In this document: piece after piece, positions 11,998-24,968 of the stretch
Position numbering within the stretch: position 1 is the first letter of the stretch
How the letters are laid out: each line of letters opens with the position of its first letter
NCBI GenBank assembly: GCA_946965045.2
Contig: OX337231.1
Span: 62,001-126,000, forward strand
DNA length: 64,000 nt
From: Epithemia pelagica
Taxonomy: Eukaryota; Protista; Bacillariophyta
Direction: 5' to 3'
Translations under genes and position numbers: made by a program
The notes under the pieces: model-generated
The model's input: only the letters and a program-made list of their open reading frames with translations
The model's database searches: none
What the model was told of the DNA's origin: nothing

Positions 11998-13104
11998 TTA
12001 ACGGGAACCACCGCCATAATTGATCCAGGCCAAGGCAGCCTTGGCCGTGAAGCTCAGGACAATAAAGCCCTTTTCTCCCACCACGTAGTCATCGAAAAAG
12101 GCTGGTCTATCTTGATTCCACTGCAACCAAAACAAGACGGCAAAGGTGGCATCGAGCAAAAACAAGATGATCACAATGGTCCAGACAAAAATGGGTGGGT
12201 CGCCCTCCACGACACTGTAAAAAAAGTAATTGAAAATGACGGCCCAACTGGCCAAATGGGGCAACCAGGCGAGAATAAAGGGGAACCAGTTTTGGTACCG
12301 GTCACCATCGGCGCGGGCCTTGGCATTGATGGATTCGTGAATGGATCCCAACAACATGGTGGTGGCCGTCAAGCAAAAAATGGTAAAGAGAAGGTGAATG
12401 TCGGTAACACCGGCCAATTGGGCAATCATGATGCGCATGACACTGGCCGAAAGGGCATATTCGAACCACCGAAAGGGATTTTGATTGCGGGCAATGTAGT
12501 AATTGTACGTGGATTCAAACACGAGGGAGGCCAAGTGATTGCACCCACTCAGGGCCAAAAAGGCACCAGAATACCACGTGACACTGTAGCCATTGCCCAC
12601 TTGTTCACTTTCGGGAATGCCAAAGTTGCCATCGTCGCGGTCGTCCAAACTTCCCGGAAAGTGCGTAAACAAGAACCACTTGGTGTCGGCCTCGCTAAAC
12701 AATGACAAGTAGAAGCACAAGAAGGGAGGACGTTAGAGCTTTTCACAGGACAATGGCGATCCGATCCAGTCCATCATTGTTTCAGCTGTCTTGTTGCCAG
12801 AGTGTGGATATACAACTACTACTTACTAGGCAAGGTAAAAGAGAGCACCGGCTTGCAGAAACTGCACAATGGTGGCGGCAATGTTCCAATAACGCAAGTC
12901 CTCGGGAATTTCATTCAAATGGACAATGTCGAGAGGATTCTCAAACTCTTGTTCAATGCCTTCTTCATCGTCCTCGTCGTAATCGTCGTCATGATCCTTG
13001 GTGACGGTATCGTCTTGTTCCTCCTCATCGTCGTAATATTGGTCCTTGCTGCCCGAGGGCGGCACATCGCCCTCTTCCTCGCCGTACACATTGGCTTGTT
13101 GCAT
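11998..13104 (-). CDS. Heliorhodopsin paralog 2, 2 exons (13104-12827, 12694-11998)
   Basis: NPFRWFEYALSAS and GEKGFIVLSFTAKAALAW. Phase-2 GTAAGT..TAG intron at 12826-12695, at the same position as in paralog 1. Confidence 0.9.
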
Positions 13105-16100
13105 GATGATGAGAATGGATTTGTTTGTTGTTTTTGTTTGGTGGAATGTGTATTATTGGATGTGTATTGGATTGGTGGTTGCTGTGATTGTCCAGTAGGA
13201 GTCGTTGTCCTTTCCAGGTCAGATTTCTCTCTCTCGTCGTTTGCTCGCTGGTTTTTTTGGGTTTTTGGCGATGCGCACCAATTCTTGGAAGGCGAACGTT
13301 GTTTCAAACCAGTTTTGTGTGTGGTTCCGACTTCCCACGATCCATCGAGGTACGTCGTTCGACTCTTGGTTGGTGTATGATGCGGGCTTCGCTGTTTTTG
13401 GGGTGTCGCCGGAACTTGTTTGTGTGACACGCACCATCCCGGCGCGCTCGTACGGCCATGGGTCGCAGGTGCTATTGCCGTTGGCGATGGAGCGCATGCC
13501 ATTCGCGCAGGCCCATAGAAGCGCACGGCAACTCGTCTGGTCGCTGGTGTGGGAGACCTGTTGCCACAAAACGGAGGGTGTCCCCCTCCTCCTCGCCAAC
13601 CACCAATATCACGACAAGAACCACACAATCAATATAGCTTGTGGAGGATGGAGGAGCCTGAGAAGCACGCGCATCCTTCTTGTACTGAAATCATTACGCA
13701 CTCTCCTCTGCTGCTGGGGGAAAGGGAGGAACCGCAGTTCCATGGACCGGACCTTATGTGTGTGTGGTCCTGGTTGCAACAGTGTTCACCAACAAGAACG
13801 TGTCGGAACTACCTATCTCCTCCACGGACGACGACCCAAGGCTGGAGAGGATGGATTCGGATTCCCCAAAGAAATGGGGCTCCAGAGCGCGAGCACAAAC
13901 GCGTCATCCTGTCGCAACCAACCATGCACAAACGAAGTGTGATTCGAGGATTGACCCGCCGAGCCATGGAATGGTGAATGGTGTGATACGTTTATTTTGA
14001 GGACAAGACGAGGCTACCATGCAATGCGGTCGTCCCGAACGACGCATGGTCCCAGCCTTATTACATAAATCATCGTACGGTTGTAATGTGTAAACGGATG
14101 GTACTGGCTCGACCCGAGTGCGTGTCAGTCTGTGGTTGCGTTCGGCAGTGTACCACAGATGTTTCACTACTCCCGGGGCGAAGGAAGGAACGATATGTCC
14201 CATGCGCGTGGATCCATCGCTCAACAATGCACCCCCCTGGGACCGAGAACCGCACAGACACTTACACTACGATTCTCCAACAAGAAGAGGAGCTCCAGGA
14301 AAAGGAGGAAAAAGCTGGATGCTACGCATCGTTGTCGATCCGTTGGTTCACAACATACACTGCACAGACAGTGGGTTCCATGTATCTCTCTTCTTCTGGA
14401 CATTCGACAATGGCCCCATGTGGATAATTCATTTCGACAACCCATGGCGTTGTTGGGCAAAACAATTCTGCGGTTGCAACTCTCGTACCCGTAGGAGGAG
14501 AGGTACAGTGGCTGGCTTTGTCCTACAAACGTGGTGGTGACAGCGTGTTGCCCCTGTGATACTTACGTAACTACTTTGGTTGGTCGATTCTGGAGTGCCA
14601 ATGGATGAACCAAGACGGTGAGACACTTGTTTGGTAACCCCCCGTTGGATGATTGGTGGAATACCGCTCGTCTCGAAACCCGCAAGGAAACAAAGAACAA
14701 AAAGAGAACCACTCGTCCTCTACCCCAATCAATATACCCTTGTATATACATGTCCATTGTTGCTGCTCGTGGTGCGTACAGGTGTGAAGGGACCAGGACA
14801 TTTGTAGCGTCGTGGCGACTCCTTCTTGGTGCTGAAACTGTTTGGTTCGGCTGTAGTTTTGCCACTCTTGAGTGCAACAGTGAACCCCCATGTTCGATAC
14901 AAACAAAGAAAGAACAAGAGTGCCAGTGGTGGCAGGAACGAGGACCGACCGTCGTACCAACGGTGCTTTCGTCCGGTAGAAACACACGTCTGGTCCAAAA
15001 CAACACAACCAACAATCAACGACCTAGTAGAATAACATGCCATTCCGTCCTGTCGTTGCCTGTGGAAGCGAGTCATGGTTCTCCGCCGCTGTTACAACTC
15101 CTACGACAAGCCTGGAACGTCAGATTCCATCGGCAAGACGCTTTTTCTCTGTACTTTGTCAGAATAATGTTGGGACAGGGTGTGACTGAGGAAACAGACC
15201 AGTGCACGTCCACTTGCGTTCTGCTGTGTTGCAGGTTCCTCTCCTACAAGTGGAACCAATCATGGTCAGGCATTGGACTTGACTTGTACATCGTCCGCAG
15301 CTTGTTCTCGAACTATTCTCTTTCCTTTCGACTCGTCGGCAACGTCGATCGACCAAGATTTCCAACCAATGGTTCGCCATTTCTGTCAAAAGGCTTGTGT
15401 ACCGGACGTCATTGTCACAGACCAGGCGGACCCAGTCGAAACAAATCAAGCTTGTTTGGCTTACAGGACAGCCGTCAATCTTGAAATGAATTCAATTGCA
15501 GCACCATTCCGAAATCATCCTGGAATCGGGCGTGTGTTGAGGGCATTTCTTGCGGTTGTTCCGTTTTGGTCGTTGGTACTGGTGTTGCCCCCCTCCTGGT
15601 TCATGTCCGTTCCGTCCACGCTGGCTCCATGGATCCTAATGGTAGTACCAAACTGAGTTCCAGCAGGGCACGGCTCCACACACCAATAATGAAAATGGTG
15701 CCCCTTTACGTGTGGCTCGCTCCCTTGTGTGGACCCATGTTCCTCCTACAGCGGGCAGGACCAAGTGCCCTGTCATTCCTACCGTATTAGGGATCCTCAC
15801 AGTCTTTTTTCAATGCAATCGATTTCTGTGGTCCATGATATCGAGGAGGAGGAGATAATATAGTAACGGTGGAAGGGACGATGCGCTTTATATCAGAGAC
15901 TGGGAACCGAACCGCATGCTGGACAATGCGTCATCGACCCCTTATTAATACCATTCCTTCCTGGCTGTCACACGGTTTGCAATGTTATTCGCCGAATACG
16001 CCAATCATGGAGGCAGACTCCGTGTCCCTTTTCTACCTTCTACTATTTATCGGTGCGAGCAAAACCGTCACGATTCGAATCCGCTGCTGCTTTGGAGGAA

Positions 16101-18958
16101 CTCGGCCAACGACAATTGGTGCACAGTTCCATGGAACGGAACTCACAAAATTTGGCGTTGTACTGACAAATCAGATTTCAATTGCTGCACATGTTACGCA
16201 ATTTGTTCTCGAACCATTCTCCTGCCTTTCGACTCGACGTCGTCGCGAAGCCGATCGACCAAGGCTTCCAACCAATGTGGTTTGCCATTTCTATCAGAAG
16301 GCTTGTGTTGTTCTATAGGCGGACGGTCATCTTGTTTGCTTACAGGACGGCCGCCAATTATGAAAGGAGCTGAGTTACAGAAGTATTCCGAAATGGATCA
16401 ACGCAACGCTTGAGAATCCTGGCCGTGTGTTCTCGGTGTCGCTCTCTCCTGTTGTTGTTTTAGTCTAACAGAGTCTAGCCTTGTCGATCTTCCGAATGGC
16501 ACGTTTTCTGCGACCGTGATTGGTCGCACGATGTGTCGAAACGGATCCCGATTTATACGGGACTGACCCCGTAAATCAGTTGGGCGGATTCGGAACCTCC
16601 TCGATCATCCTCACAAACCATCACAGCATCGAATAATGGGACGTGGGACCAGTTGGAGTTGTAGGCATTCGGGGTTGACAAAGAAACCAGCTCACAACAA
16701 CAGAACATTGTCTCCATCGAGCCCGAGAAATGTGCGTCGTACCAATATGATGATTCTTTCCAAATCTGAAAAAAACTACAGTAGAAGAGTAAGATATTAA
16801 ATACCAAAAGAGACAGTATCTATTCCAACAAGAACTTGCACTAAAGAAGTCACACCAGCCAAAGGGTAGAAGTCGATGATTTCCTTGAGCATCGCACAGA
16901 CTGCCTTGTGGTGACGATCGGAAACACTCGTGAGCATCAACACACCATTTCGTTGTTGTTTTCATTGTAGAATGTTGTATAATTCGTTGATTCTTCATTG
17001 TTATCAGAGGGTGAGAGAAGCATATCTCTTCTTGTCCCCTCGTTGCAATTGTATCATACTCAAAGCTCCTCCTGATCATGACTGACATGGACAGATGGAA
17101 CAAGCCAGACGAGAATATCATGAGAGGAAGCGGACGGATGTCACAAGGAATCAACTCGTACTCGGAATAGCGTGGACGTTTCCCCGGTGGATTGTGGTGT
17201 GGTTTCTCCAGTCGTCCTCCTCCTTCGTACCAACCATAGTCTCGGTATCCTTGCACCAACCACACAGGCTTGGATGCGGAGTGAGTCCTTTTCTAAAGCT
17301 CTGCTTAGCCATTCTCCCTTTATTCCCTTGTTGTTGGTTTTGAGCAATCGAATGACTCCACAGTGCTTTCGACTGTTCGTTTGTGTGGTGGGTCGTGCAG
17401 GGGAACGGCGTCAATCTCTTTCTCTCTGTCTCTCTCTCTTTCGAGACGACCACGAGACAACATGCTCCCCATTCCTCCTCGTGTCTGGACTGTACCCCGA
17501 ACAGCTCTGATTGTAGGTGTTGTGGTGCAAAAAGTCGGTCCTGATTGGTCCCCCTGGTCAGCACAGTGTGGCACTCATTCCAACCGAGCGCACTTGCAAT
17601 CCTCCTCGTGCGTTTTGGTTTGGGAATTCTCCGAGCAGCAACAAGGACAACCGACATGGAATTCCTGGTGGATTTTGTCCTGGCGGCTTGTCTCGTCTCG
17701 CGTCAATATCAACGACCGATTCACCACCAAGCAGCATTCCATGACATGACGACTCGTGTTCTGGCTGGCACTGGTCATTCGTATTGGTGGAGAACATCCG
17801 GAGTTTTATTTCCATGTCCGTTGGGTCGTTCCCATTCTCTCTATACTTCCTTGTATTATGTTGACTGTCTCCTTCTTCTCCTTGATCCAAATCAATGCCT
17901 TTGTTTCTTCTTTTGGGCTGTGTTTGGACAGCCATTTTGGTTGGACTGCAGGCAGTGAGTGTGGTGCAGAATGACCACAGTCCGTTTGGCGATTTTGTGG
18001 TGGTGGTCCGACAGGTCCATGTCGGTCGACTCGCAGAGCTGCGCGCTCGACGGATTGAGAGCTCGCAGTCGCCGTTGCTGACAGACAGTATCAATGCGAA
18101 CAACCGACACAGACTGACTTTAGCTGAATGATCGACCACGAGCAAATGACATCAATTACTGACTGACTGACAATAGTTTCTGGTCGTCGATCGTCGATAC
18201 CAAGGATGCAAGTTCGTCGCGTCGCCACCCACGGCCTGACGTGACACGTTTGACGAATGACGAACATCTGACGAACTGGACGAAAGAACGTCACCCTCGA
18301 CCAACTGGGATACACACAGGGCAACGACATTACGAGCAGCTACACTCCCAACGCACGCGCGAGCCTCGCCAGCGACCAATCTCCACCATCTCAGAAACCC
18401 AAAATTCACTATACCCCTAATTAGTGGAAGAGTTTTTCATTAAATGTAAGACCCCGAGCATCCGATTTTTGACCAAAACCATCCGAGCCAACTTAGGACG
18501 CCTTAACGACAGCAATGCCCAACCTCCGACTCTGATGTAAGTATCCAATTCACTTGAGAAATAACAACTCTAGTGCACTGTATAGTTAGATCAGCATCAG
18601 CGCACCTTCATCGATGCTCAATTACGCTCCCAAAAGCGCCCTCGGCTGAGACACCAAAATATGAGGGAGATGCACTACTGACACTCGGCTCACTCGATCG
18701 CCCACCCTACGGAACATTTTTTTTATACGTAATTGTATAGAGCATAACAATTGAGTCGCAGGTTATTCGTCGTTCAATCACCCATTTCAAAGTTTGGGCC
18801 TCTCTTCCGAAAGGAGCATCCGATGACTCCAACATGCCCAATCGAGCAATTTATCATGGATTACTCCTCCATCTCTGCACAGATCAGCAACCCCCGTTGC
18901 TAAAGTTGACTTCATATACAGAAGGATCCTTTGGCAAGCCTGTTTTTTGTTTCATCCA

Positions 18959-21446
18959 ATGGACGAGAAAAAACCTCCTCCTATCCGCCGTTCAGACAGG
19001 CAAATTCAGCTTCTCCCCCCTTCACCGAACCAACAAACTCGATCCACTCGTCTCAAGAAAGGTGTGTCGGTGGAACAAAGCTTCAAAGAACGCGAACGAA
19101 TCGCCCGCATTTGCAGAAATTTTCGGAAGGAAGAGTTTAAGCCTTGTTCGGTGTTCGGACAAGATCGAGTTGCTAGGTTTCGTGGTGGTTTCTTCTTCTG
19201 TGGCAATTGTACGATGGCTGACAATCAAGAACTTGCCAACCCTGACCGAGAGATCAACCGTTTCTCTGGTCAATACAAGTGCAGAGCCCGTCATCGAACG
19301 ACTATATACCCTACGGATCGCATGATAGACGAGAGAGAGAGAGAGAAAGAAAAGAACAAAAGGAAACAGTCTGCCATGAAGACAGCTCCCATCCAACCCG
19401 TCACTGAGCCGTCGACGACCGTCAATCTAGACAAGGATGACCTTCCTCTCGAAGTTCCTGTACCAAAGAAGAAACGCAAACCCAAGTTTCGATTGAGTAC
19501 TCGTCGTAAAAAGAGTCGCAAAACCGAGCCTCCTGTTGTCTCGTACCAAAATGAGGGTGAATCATCTGCCACGGAAACTCAATCGAAGCAAAGTTCTTTT
19601 GAGTTGGAAAACAAACCAAACCAAGTTCCTTCCGAGTCTGAAAACCAATCCACAACAGAATCACAATCCAAGCAAACTTCTGTCGGGTCCGACAACGAAC
19701 CTGCAACTCAATCCAAGCAAGCGCATTCCGACTCCGACAAACAAGCTGACGTTGATGAAGATTCTTCTTCTGATTCATCCGACGAAGAAGTTATACAATT
19801 CCTAGATCAATGGTGTCAAAACGACCCTATTGATTTAACCAAGACTGTTTCCCCCCGTTGTGGCTCGCCCCCTCCGCCTTTGCCTGTTACGACGTCGCAG
19901 AATACGGAAGGCCAAGAGAACTTCGCTGCACCAGTTCCGTGTCCTCCTCACATCTTACCGTCACAAATGTTCCCAGTAGCTGAGATGACCGACCAAATTG
20001 CCACTCTCCGTGACAAATTAGAGAAGGCGAACAACGACAAAGTCCGCCTCCAACGTCTTCTTGCGTCGGAAAGGAAGAACAGCAAGTCTCGGTACGACCG
20101 AATCCGATATCTCGAGAGAATTCTCGCCAGTCGACAAGAAAGTAAGGAACTCATGCATGTTCCCACAACATGTTCAAAAAAAGAGAACGCGGACACAATC
20201 GTTCTGCATGTCAGGGATGTCATCGAAGAGGCCGTTAGCCGACATGGTACCGACAGTCATCGTGCTACAACATTCTTCAATCAACTGGCCTTGATGCTCA
20301 TTTATGGTGGCGTCCATCACAACCAGTTAAGAGACTGCATTGTGAAGCAAGTTGGCAAATATTTGCGCGCCAATGTATTCACCCCGTTTGAAATTCTCCG
20401 GCAAATGGACTTGGCTGGTGGTCGCTTGAGTTACTCTGGAGTGGAGGTGTTACGACGATGCGAGACGAAAGGCGCCAAAGGGATACACACCATCCTTCCT
20501 TCGGCCGCAGCATTAAAGGCGTATGCATCACATGTGGAAGCATATGCTGACACATTCATCCCCTTCAAGATGATCCGCAACTTGAAAGACCATTCTGAGG
20601 GCTTCTATTTCCGCGGAGCGGACATGATGACCCATGTACTCGAGACCCAAGACATGATCGCAAACGAGGCCCAAGAATCCAACCGAACGGTGTCGATGTC
20701 GATGGACGCCGCGAGATTGAGTAACAATTTGACTCACACCCTTGGCGGCTTCAAATTCAACGATGAAAGCAACCCTCTAAAACAGTCTTTAATGGCTGTT
20801 TACCCCCAGGTTTGCATACTTTGCAAGGAAACCAAGGCTACGACTCGTGGCATTTTCGCCATGATGCATAAGGAAAACAAGGAAGCAGGCGATACAGTGC
20901 TTCCGTCAGAATACGGGGTTGAGAAGATAAGCACTCCCTTCGATTCAGACATGTGTTCCGATTGGAAACTTTCTGACAAGGGAGGTGCCGCCAAGAACGT
21001 TACGTACCCATGTAGTAAATGCAACATCACCAGTGCGCATCTCGCCTCTCCAAACGCCGCCATGGAGCAGTGAAAATGGTGTATTGAGCTTGGCTACACC
21101 GAATTAGAGGACTGGAACTGCTACCATTCCTCTATGTGTACCGAGGAATTCATCGGTAAACTCGAGGTGGATGTGAAACAATTCAAGAAAGAGATGCCAA
21201 CGATCTCTAAGAAACTTGAATCTTTGTGGAAAAAGTCCAAGATCAAAGTTAATCGGACCGAAGACCCGAGACTCAGTGCCACTCCAATCGAAAAGACTGC
21301 ATTGACATCGATTCATTTCGACATAGCCGCGGCCACAATCGAACGTCGTCGAATGTACTCTGAACATTTGTCGGACGACCTTACAATACGCCATATGGAT
21401 CTGTCCGGAACAATGCAGGAACAACAAGACAGACTCAAGCATCAGC
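18959..21446 (+). pseudogene. 3'-truncated copy 1 of the RAG1/Transib-like transposase
   Basis: Matches 30977-33464. In-frame TGA at 21071-21073; cut at 21446 by linker L. Confidence 0.8.
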
Positions 21447-24400
21447 CCTCTCTGGATGGATGGATGGAACGCAGCAGTAGCAGCAACCACCACCACCACC
21501 GTAACCACTCGTTGAGTTGTGAAAAAGACTGTTTCGTCACACACACACGCAGCAATCCACCCGAGTCTTTGGGAGTAGAGTGGTGTGGTTCCATACCACA
21601 CACACACACAAACCCAACAAGAAAGACGACAGGAGACAGGATTCACCAGGACAAGCGACACACGCGGTGCTTCCAAACCAGTTCCTAAAGCGCACAACAC
21701 GTTTCTACGAGTTCCACACCCTCTTCTCGATTGACTGTCGCTCTCGTTACCAGCCAGCAAGAATAAGAAGAACCATGAAACAAGTGGTGGTGGTGGTACT
21801 CTTGGTTGGTATCGACGACAATGACACATTAGACAAGATCCGCACTCACCCACCTTGTCTCCTGGTGTTTGACTGTTTTCCTTGTCCATGATGCGAACCC
21901 AAACGGCCGTTGCTTGGTGTTGCGTCGTGGCATGTCTGGCTCACAACGGTGGTCAGTGTTGTGGGTTTTCTTCCTGGCTGTCACACGGTTTGCAATGTTA
22001 TTCGCCGAATACGCCAATCATGGAGGCAGACTCCGTGTCCCTTTTCTAGCTTCTACTATTTATCGGTGCGAGCAGAACCGTCACGATTCGAATCCGCTGC
22101 TGCTTTGGAGGAACTCGGCCAACGACAATTGGTGCACAGTTCCATGGAACGGAACTCACAAAATTTGGCGTTGTACTGACAAATCAGATTTCAATTGCTG
22201 CACATGTTACGCAATTTGTTCTCGAACCATTCTCCTGCCTTTCGACTCGGCCTCGTCGTCAAGCCGATCGACCAAGGTTTCCAACCAATGTGGTTTGCCA
22301 TTTCTATCAGAAGGCTTGTGTTGTTCTAGAGGCGGACGGTCATCTTGTTTGCTTACAGGACGGCCGCCAATTATGAAAGGAGCTGAGTTACAGAAGTATT
22401 CCGAAATGGATCAACGCAACGCTTGAGAATCCTGGCCGTGTGTTCTCGGTGTCGCTCTCTCCTGTTGTTGTTTTAGTCTAACAGAGTCTAGCCTTGTCGA
22501 TCTTCCGAATGGCACGTTTTCTGCGACCGTGATTGGTCGCACGATGTGTCGAAACGGATCCCGATTTATACGGGACTGACCCCTTAAATCAGTCGGGCGG
22601 ATTCGGAACCTCCTCGATCATCCTCACAAACCATCACAGCATCGAATAATGGGACGTGGGACCAGTTGGAGTTGTAGGCATTCGGGGTTGACAAAGAAAC
22701 CAGCTCACAACAACAGAACATTGTCTCCATCGAGCCCGAGAAATGTGCGTCGTACCAATATGATGATTCTTTCCAAATCTGAAAAAAACTACAGTAGAAG
22801 AGTAAGATATTAAATACCAAAAGAGACAGTATCTATTCCAACAAGAACTTGCACTAAAGAAGTCACACCAGCCAAAGGGTAGAAGTCGATGATTTCCTTG
22901 AGCATCGCACAGACTGCCTTGTGGTGACGATCGGAAACACTCGTGAGCATCAACACACCATTTCGTTGTTGTTTTCATTGTAGAATGTTGTATAATTCGT
23001 TGATTCTTCATTGTTATCAGAGGGTGAGAGAAGCATATCTCATCTTGTCCCCTCGTTGCAATTGTATCATACTCAAAGCTCCTCCTGATCATGACTGACA
23101 TGGACAGATGGAACAAGCCAGACGAGAATATCATGAGAGGAAGCGGACGGATGTCACAAGGAATCAACTCGTACTCGGAATAGCGTGGACGTTTCGCCGG
23201 TGGATTGTGGTGTGGTTTCTCCAGTCGTCCTCCTCCTTCGTACCAACCATAGTCTCGGTATCCTTGCACCAACCACACAGGCTTGGATGCGGAGTGAGTC
23301 TTTTTCTAAAGCTCTGCTTAGCCATTCTCCCTTTGTTCCCTTGTTGTTGGTTTTGAGCAATCGAATGACTCCACAGTGCTTTCGACTGTTCGTTTGTGGG
23401 TCGTGCAGGGAAACGGCGTCAATCTCTTTCTCTCTGTCTCTCTCTCTCTTTCGAGACGACCACGAGACAACATGCTCCCCATTCCTCCTCGTGTCTGGAC
23501 TGTACCCCGAACAGCTCTGATTGTAGGTGTTGTGGTGCAAAAAGTCGGTCCTGATTGGTCCCCCTGGTCAGCACAGTGTGGCACTCATTCCAACCGAGCG
23601 CACTTGCAATCCTCCTAGTGCGTTTTGGTTTGGGAATTCTCCGAGCAGCAACAAGGACAACCGACATGGAATTCCTGGTGGATTTTGTCCTGGCGGCTTG
23701 TCTCGTCTCGCGTCAATATCAACGACCGATTCACCACCAAGCAGCATTCCATGACATGACGACTCGTGTTCTGGCTGGCACTGGTCATTCGTATTGGTGG
23801 AGAACATCCGGAGTTTTATTTCCATGTCCGTTGGGTCGTTCCCATTCTCTCTATGCTTCCTTGTATTATGTTGACTGTCTCCTTCTTCTCCTTGATCCAA
23901 ATCAATGCCTTTGTTTCTTCTTTTGGGCTGTGTTTGGACAGCCATTTTGGTTGGACTGCAGGCAGTGAGTGTGGTGCAGAATGACCACAGTCCGTTTGGC
24001 GATTTTGTGGTGGTGGTCCGACAGGTCCATGTCGGTCGACTCGCAGAGCTGCGCGCTCGACGGATTGAGAGCTCGCAGTCGCCGTTGCTGACAGACAGTA
24101 TCAATGCGAACAACCGACACAGACTGACTTTAGCTGAATGATCGACCACGAGCAAATGACATCAATTACTGACTGACTGACAATAGTTTCTGGTCGTCGA
24201 TCGTCGATACCAAGGATGCAAGTTCGTCGCGTCGCCACCCACGGCCTGACGTGACACGTTTGACGAATGACGAACATCTGACGAACTGGACGAAAGAACG
24301 TCACCCTCGACCAACTGGGATACACACAGGGCAACGACATTACGAGCAGCTACACTCCCAACGCACGCGCGAGCCTCGCCAGCGACCAATCTCCACCATC

Positions 24401-24968
24401 TCAGAAACCCAAAATTCACTATACCCCTAATTAGTGGAAGAGTTTTTCATTAAATGTAAGACCCCGAGCATCCGATTTTTGACCAAAACCATCCGAGCCA
24501 ACTTAGGACGCCTTAACGACAGCAATGCCCAACCTCCGACTCTGATGTAAGTATCCAATTCACTTGAGAAATAACAACTCTAGTGCACTGTATAGTTAGA
24601 TCAGCATCAGCGCACCTTCATCGATGCTCAATTACGCTCCCAAAAGCGCCCTCGGCTGAGACACCAAAATATGAGGGAGATGCACTACTGACACTCGGCT
24701 CACTCGATCGCCCACCCTACGGAACATTTTTTTTATACGTAATTGTATAGAGCATAACAATTGAGTCGCAGGTTATTCGTCGTTCAATCATCCATTTCAA
24801 AGTTTGGGCCTCTCTTCCGAAAGGAGCATCCGATGACTCCAACATGCCCAATCGAGCAATGTATCATGGATTACTCCTCCATCTCTGCACAGATCAGCAA
24901 CCCCCGTTGCTAAAGTTGACTTCATATACAGAAGGATCCTTTGGCAAGCCTGTTTTTTGTTTCATCCA

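Noticed and set aside
13205-15800. Many overlapping ORFs of 100-290 aa
   Set aside because: No motifs or consistent frame; treated as spurious or unidentifiable relics.
16553-18145. Minus-strand ORFs inside the repeat unit
   Set aside because: They may be a fragmented gene, but no family is recognisable, and conservation across the copies only reflects the recent duplication.
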